A stretch of DNA of 51,507 nucleotides, from positions 1-51,507 of the forward strand of contig JBDHHQ010000047.1 in the NCBI GenBank assembly GCA_039589315.1, read 5' to 3'. This DNA comes from Gemmatimonadota bacterium. GTDB lineage: Bacteria; Gemmatimonadota; Gemmatimonadetes; Longimicrobiales; Gaopeijiaceae. Positions 46,543 through 51,507 of the stretch are shown piece by piece (the stretch's first letter is position 1; every line of letters begins with the position of its first letter). The notes beneath the pieces are model-generated. The model was given only the letters and a program-made list of their open reading frames with translations. It was not told where the DNA came from and made no database searches. The position numbers were made by a program, and so were the translations under genes.

Positions 46543-46989
46543 ATGGGACTCATCGAGGAGTTGTCAGTCTCAGTCACGCCCGAACAAGAAGCCGCGATTC
46601 AGGCTATCGACGATCTGGATCTGGGCGAAGCGAAGGAAGCCTTGGTGCGGAGTGGGGAGGTCGATGAGGACGACGTGGACGCCGTGGAGCAGGAGTTCAA
46701 GCGGTTCTTCACGATGAAGGTCCTCTATCGGGGCACGGAGCACGAAGGGAGCTTCGGTCCCTCAAAGCCCATCGATGACCTCTGGCATAACTTCATTCTG
46801 GAGACCGAACGATATATGCCTTTCTGCGAGCAAAACCTCGGATTCCAGGTTCATCATCGGCCTTATACTCCGGCTAGGAGTCGCTCCGAGACCATAGAGC
46901 TCCTCGAAGACACGTGGACGACCTTCGACGAACACACTTGGGAGGGTCCCCTGCGAGACTGCATCGCTCCGGTAGTCGACCAGTCGTGA
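46543..46989 (+). CDS. GRDP-like (DUF1399-related) small protein
   Basis: E[FY]KRF, PSKPIDDLWHNFILET.RY..FC...G..VHH.P; GGAG SD. Confidence 0.8.
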   Translation: MGLIEELSVSVTPEQEAAIQAIDDLDLGEAKEALVRSGEVDEDDVDAVEQEFKRFFTMKVLYRGTEHEGSFGPSKPIDDLWHNFILETERYMPFCEQNLGFQVHHRPYTPARSRSETIELLEDTWTTFDEHTWEGPLRDCIAPVVDQS

Positions 46990-47031
46990 TCGGTGGGAGA
47001 CGAGTGACGGCAGGGCCCGTAAAGCAACGCC

Positions 47032-49917
47032 TCAATCAGGGTCGCCGAGCGTTCGACGCGCTTCCACCATGGGCCACCCGGCGGTGAGGTCCGCATCGGC
47101 CTTCCCCCAAAGCCGGACTACCTGTCCGTAGGCCACGGCGGCCTCGTCGACGCGGTCCTGGTGTACGAGAGCGCCGCCCAGCAGCCCGAAAGACTGCGCC
47201 AGGTACTCGTAGTCCGGAAGTGAGGTCTGCAAGAGACGGAGGCCCTCCGCCCTCGTTTCCTCCTCGCTCACGAGGGCGAGCGCAAGCCGGTACCGGAGAG
47301 GGCCCGTGCTTATTCGATGCCCCGCCTCGACGAGGCCCGCCCGATTACCGGCCTCGAGGAGGCCAGTCTGCAGTTCGACCGCAGCCGCAGCGGTGTCCCC
47401 AAGTAGCATGATCCGCCATCCCTCCAGCGCGCGGGCCAGACTCGCGTAGAGGTCCGCTCCCTCGGGGGCGTCGGTACTGTCTGTGGCGTCGCCAACAGAC
47501 AGCGCCTCGACCTTTCCACTGGCCAGAGCGTAGAGATCGGCCCAATACGCACCGACGAACGGCTGAGTGCGAGTCGAGATGACCTGGAGCGCTTCCAGGT
47601 CATCGGGTCGTGGACCCCTCATCTCTGCGATGACTGGTTTGAGGTACATGGTGGCGGCGAGAAGAGGGTGCTCGAACTTGAGGGCTTCGATGACCCCATC
47701 GGCCTCGTCCAGCCTTCCCAGGGCCTGCAGCACGGAGACCCTCAGGCTGTCGATGCGGCGTTGGGCCGGGTCTTGGGCTTGATATGTCGCAGAAGCGGTC
47801 TCCAACGCGGCGAGGATGACGCTCGGGTCTACAGCTGATGCAAACAGCACCCCCACGATGGGAGGCATCCACGAGCGTGGTGATGCTTCACGAAGAGCAG
47901 CCACGAGAGCTTCCTCTGCTCGGTCTCCATCTCCCCAAATCGTTTCCCGCCAGTTCCAGTACCGCTGGCCCCGCTCGCCAAGGGCCTCCAGCTGGTCGAG
48001 GTAGCCCGCGAAGCGCAGGCTGTCCCCGAACATGGCCGTCATTTCAAGGGGGTGAATCAGAACAGTTGGAATCCGGGGTTCGATGGTGAGTGCTCGATCG
48101 AACGGTCTGAGTAATTCGGGGAGGGTGATACCGAGGAGACGCCAACCGTGAAACTGCACATCGCCAAGGTAGTACCAACCCTCCGGGTCGTCCGGATATC
48201 GGCCGACGTAGGCTGTCATGGTGTCGATCGATGCCAGGTTGCCTTGCCGGTCCAGCAACTTGGCGCGCACGATCGTGCGATCCCGCATAGGAAGGCGCTC
48301 GATATTCTGGAACGCCCGACGCTCCGCCTCGACTGCGGCGGCCGACCCCAACAGATCTCTCCAGTTCAGGGCTTCCGAGAGTCGATGATAGGCCAGGGCG
48401 AAGGTGGTATCGTGCGCAGTGGCTTCTTCCAGAGCCGCAACGGCAGAATCCCAGCGTAGTCCGCGGTAGTGCCGCTCCCCACGGAGGTAGGCGCCGGCAG
48501 CCGGGAGGGACCTGGTCGTGATGGCGGCGACCCGGAGCCTCGGCATAGGCTCCTGAGCCGACCAGGCTTCTCTGATCAGCTGGAGCGCGAGAGAGTCGAC
48601 GAGCGGGAGTAGCTCCGGCCTTGGTCCGGTGACCGAGGCCTCGGCCATACGAATGCCATCGACACTCGTTATCTGCGCTCGGAGCCAAACGTCGGGGCCC
48701 GTCGAAACGACACTGCCCGTGAGCGCAAGCCCTGCGCCCAAACCTCTCGCGAGGTCGAGAGAGCCAGCGAACGCCACGCCCTGCTCCGAGACCTCGGTCC
48801 GCCACCTGTAATGGACCGATCGCGGAGGTACGATGACGATCTCTCCCATCCCGTCCAGCTTCGCCGAAAGGAGATCGACCATTCCGTCACCGAACTCATC
48901 GATGCCCACGCCGGAGCTCTCGAAGGGAAGGACGGCGAGCACCGAAGGAGCGGGTCCAGGCGGCGCAGGGTCTCGACCGCCAAAGGCTGCCCAGGACAAT
49001 AAGCCTAGCGCAGAGATGGCGACGACAACGCCGGCAGAGACGCCTGTGCGCCTTCGTGTAGAATGGGCCTCTACACTTTCCGGCCCTCGCTCAGCGAGCG
49101 CGTCGAGCAACTCGGCGGCCGATTGGTACCGGTCCTTCGGCTGTTTCTCCAGGGAGCGGTCGATCACCTCTTCCAGCCAATGTGGAATGGCTGGAACGGA
49201 CTCCCGTGCAGATGTGTGGCGGGCGGTAAGGTGCTGTGACAGCACCGCTTGTACGGAGGGTCCGGTGAACGGGGGAGCACCCACCAACATCTCGTAGAGA
49301 ACACAGCCGACGGCGTAGACGTCAGATCGGCCATCAACCTCGCCCTTTCCTACCACCTGCTCGGGACTCATGTACTGGGGGGTCCCGATGGACAGGCCTT
49401 CAGCGGTTAGTTCCCTGGTTCCTGCCTCCGAAGCGGCGAGAGCCACGCCGAAGTCAGCGATCACGGCATGTCCGGCCTCGAGGAGGATGTTCTCCGGCTT
49501 GATGTCACGGTGGACGACCCCAGCTTCATGAGCGTGAACGAGCCCGTCGGCGATCTCCGTCGAGATCTTGACCGAATCCTCCACGCCGAGCCGCTGGTCT
49601 CGGGCGATGCGGTCTCGGAGACTCTCGCCCTCCGCGTAGGGCATCACGTAATAGAGGAGCTCGTCTACCTCGCCCGAGTCATAGAGGGGGAGGATATTCG
49701 GATGGGTGAGCCGAGCCGCAATCCCGATCTCTCTGAGGAACCTCTGACGTCGGACGGTAAGGGCGAACTCACGGCGGAAGACCTTGATCGCGACCCTGCG
49801 ACCGTGTTTGAGATCTTCCGCCAGATAGACCGTCGCCATCATACCTGCGCCCAACTCGCGATCGATCGTGTAGCGGCCTTCGAAGGCGGTGTTCAGAAGG
49901 TCTGCAGGGTCGGCCAT
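47032..49917 (-). CDS. Ser/Thr protein kinase with TM helix, TolB-N-like and TPR regions
   Basis: VAIK, HPNI, HRDIKPEN, DFG, GTPQYMSPEQ, DVYAVG; TM helix; LAVLPF; TPR-like C-terminus. Confidence 0.93.
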   Translation of the reverse strand: MADPADLLNTAFEGRYTIDRELGAGMMATVYLAEDLKHGRRVAIKVFRREFALTVRRQRFLREIGIAARLTHPNILPLYDSGEVDELLYYVMPYAEGESLRDRIARDQRLGVEDSVKISTEIADGLVHAHEAGVVHRDIKPENILLEAGHAVIADFGVALAASEAGTRELTAEGLSIGTPQYMSPEQVVGKGEVDGRSDVYAVGCVLYEMLVGAPPFTGPSVQAVLSQHLTARHTSARESVPAIPHWLEEVIDRSLEKQPKDRYQSAAELLDALAERGPESVEAHSTRRRTGVSAGVVVAISALGLLSWAAFGGRDPAPPGPAPSVLAVLPFESSGVGIDEFGDGMVDLLSAKLDGMGEIVIVPPRSVHYRWRTEVSEQGVAFAGSLDLARGLGAGLALTGSVVSTGPDVWLRAQITSVDGIRMAEASVTGPRPELLPLVDSLALQLIREAWSAQEPMPRLRVAAITTRSLPAAGAYLRGERHYRGLRWDSAVAALEEATAHDTTFALAYHRLSEALNWRDLLGSAAAVEAERRAFQNIERLPMRDRTIVRAKLLDRQGNLASIDTMTAYVGRYPDDPEGWYYLGDVQFHGWRLLGITLPELLRPFDRALTIEPRIPTVLIHPLEMTAMFGDSLRFAGYLDQLEALGERGQRYWNWRETIWGDGDRAEEALVAALREASPRSWMPPIVGVLFASAVDPSVILAALETASATYQAQDPAQRRIDSLRVSVLQALGRLDEADGVIEALKFEHPLLAATMYLKPVIAEMRGPRPDDLEALQVISTRTQPFVGAYWADLYALASGKVEALSVGDATDSTDAPEGADLYASLARALEGWRIMLLGDTAAAAVELQTGLLEAGNRAGLVEAGHRISTGPLRYRLALALVSEEETRAEGLRLLQTSLPDYEYLAQSFGLLGGALVHQDRVDEAAVAYGQVVRLWGKADADLTAGWPMVEARRTLGDPD

Positions 49918-50132
49918 GGGGCAAAGATCCCACCCGCCTGACTCGGGACGCAAGAAAACCGATGAGGGTGCGTAGCCGCTCCGTGTCACAGTCACACTCA
50001 AGCCTGCGACGGTTGATCTGACTTCTGGAGCTGCCGGAGGCGGAGTCGAGTGCCTCCCGTCGCACTCAGAGCAGAGCGAGCCGCATGATGATGCGTCAGA
50101 TGGCAGTTCCCACTGAGACAGGGACCCCCAAC

Positions 50133-50631
50133 ATGAAAGTCTGCATCGTCGGAGCCTCCGGTAAGCTCGGCAAATACATGGTGCAGCACGCCCTCGACCG
50201 GGGATACGGGGTGGTCGGCGTGTGCCGGGAGCGGAGTGTCCAGAAGCTCGACGAGTTCGAGGGGCGCATCACGATGATCCCGGGAGCCACGAACGACCGC
50301 GAGGCCATCAACAAGGCGGTTGCGGGGTGCGACGGGGTTCTGACCGTCCTGGTCCCGTGGGGCGTCCAGGGGTACTCGTGACACGCTATGGACGGTCGTG
50401 CGCGGAAGCGATCTCGAAGAGGGCGAGAGCCAGGGCCTTCCCGTGTGGTGCCGGCACGTGGGTGACCCCATCCTCGAGAGCAATCTCACCCGCCGCGTGG
50501 ACTTCGCCCCGTTCATGGTCGAAGCACTCGAGAACGACGAGCTGATCCACGAGGCGCCAGCGATCGTCGGACGCGAGACTCCGTCGGCGCTTGCGCATGC
50601 TAATGATTCCGGGAGACTGATGGACCGATGA
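50133..50631 (+). pseudogene. NAD(P)H-binding oxidoreductase with internal deletion/frameshift
   Basis: MKVCIVGASGKLG Rossmann start stops at 50381; C-terminal part VRGSDLEEGESQG...TRRVDFA.FM resumes in another frame at 50398. Confidence 0.75.
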
Positions 50632-50764
50632 CACGTGGCGGAAGTCGAGGAGGCACCTCATGGGAGTTGCCACGGGATCTGGCTCATCCGAGACCCCACC
50701 TCCCATCCCACCGCCCGGCAGCTTCGTCGAGGTTGGAGCGAACGCCTCGCTCCAGGAGCCTCGA

Positions 50765-51004
50765 CTGCCCACCATTCTCCAGACCGGTCCGTACCGCTTC
50801 TTCTTCTACTCGTCCGACGGTGACGAACCTCCGCACGTCCATGTCGAACGTGACAACAAGCGAGCGAAGATCTGGCTGGCGGCAGCGGCCATCGCTCGTC
50901 CGGGTGGCTTCAAAGGCAGGGAACTCAGGAGGATTCAGCGCATAGTTGAAGACAACCATGACCCTCTCATCAGCCGATGGAATGAGTACTTCCTCCGAAG
51001 ATGA
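50765..51004 (+). CDS. DUF4160 domain protein (putative toxin), CTG start
   Basis: AGGAG SD then CTG-PTIL..GPYRFFFYS....EPPHVHV...AKIWL...WNEY. Confidence 0.8.
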   Translation: MPTILQTGPYRFFFYSSDGDEPPHVHVERDNKRAKIWLAAAAIARPGGFKGRELRRIQRIVEDNHDPLISRWNEYFLRR

Positions 51005-51275
51005 TCCTCGGAATCTGGCCCGAACGGTCCGGTTCACCGAAGACCAGATGAGCGTCGAGCTCGCCGACGGCCGCACGATAACGATCCCGCTGGAGTGGTA
51101 TCCTCGGCTCCTCGAGGCTTCTCCGGAGCAACGGAGTCACTGGCGGCTGATCGGTGGCGGCCATGGAATCCACTGGCCCGACGTGGACGAGGACATCCGC
51201 ACCATGGCATTGATCGAAGGCAAGCCGTCCTGGGAGTATGTGCTGGCGCACGCATCCAAGGGGCCCAGGGGCTGA
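50982..51275 (+). CDS. DUF2442 domain protein (putative antitoxin)
   Basis: VELADGRTITIPLEWYPRL..AS.EQR..W.LIGGG.GIHWPDVDEDI; overlaps the DUF4160 gene. Confidence 0.9.
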   Translation: MSTSSEDDPRNLARTVRFTEDQMSVELADGRTITIPLEWYPRLLEASPEQRSHWRLIGGGHGIHWPDVDEDIRTMALIEGKPSWEYVLAHASKGPRG

Positions 51276-51412
51276 GGTCGCGCCAGTTTCGCTGACCCTC
51301 CAAGCGCCGCGATCCCCCCCGTCGCAACCTCTCCCCCTTTCCACCCGTCCAATCCTACGGAGTCGCTGACGTGGCGGCACGCCGGGAGGCAACGACCGTT
51401 CGAGGAGGGGGC

Positions 51413-51507
51413 ATGCTGGGGATGATCGAGGACGTCAAGGTCGCGACACGCTCCCTCATCAAGCGGCCGGGCTTCGCCGCCGCGGTTCTCCTGACGCTGG
51501 CACTGGG
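51413..51507 (+). CDS. ADOP-type permease 7, 5' end only (runs off window)
   Basis: GAGGAGG SD; MLGMIEDVKVATRSLIKRPGFAAAVLLTLAL. Confidence 0.8.
   Translation, partial: MLGMIEDVKVATRSLIKRPGFAAAVLLTLAL

Overview
High-GC bacterial window, probably Gemmatimonadota/Acidobacteriota-like judging by gene content (inference). It is dominated by six adjacent pairs of a PadR-family regulator and an ADOP-type (duplicated MacB/FtsX) ABC permease, plus the start of a seventh permease at the right edge; no ABC ATPase gene is present. Between the pairs lie envelope or secreted proteins (CocE hydrolase, serpin lipoprotein, BNR/VPS10-like protein, gluzincin and DUF4097 lipoproteins), an XPB-like helicase + DUF790 nuclease pair, ArsR-SRPBCC and AraC-VOC units, a low-GC sugar C-methyltransferase, a Ser/Thr kinase-TPR gene, a DUF4160-DUF2442 pair and many gene remnants. 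Most interesting signal: the six PadRs fall into three sequence types, each paired both times with its own type of N-terminal permease extension, and five of six permeases carry an in-frame Shine-Dalgarno plus start codon where that extension ends. This suggests cognate regulator/membrane-sensor modules with long and short permease isoforms (hypothesis). No RNA genes, CRISPR arrays or transposases were recognised. All family calls are by motif recognition, not database search.
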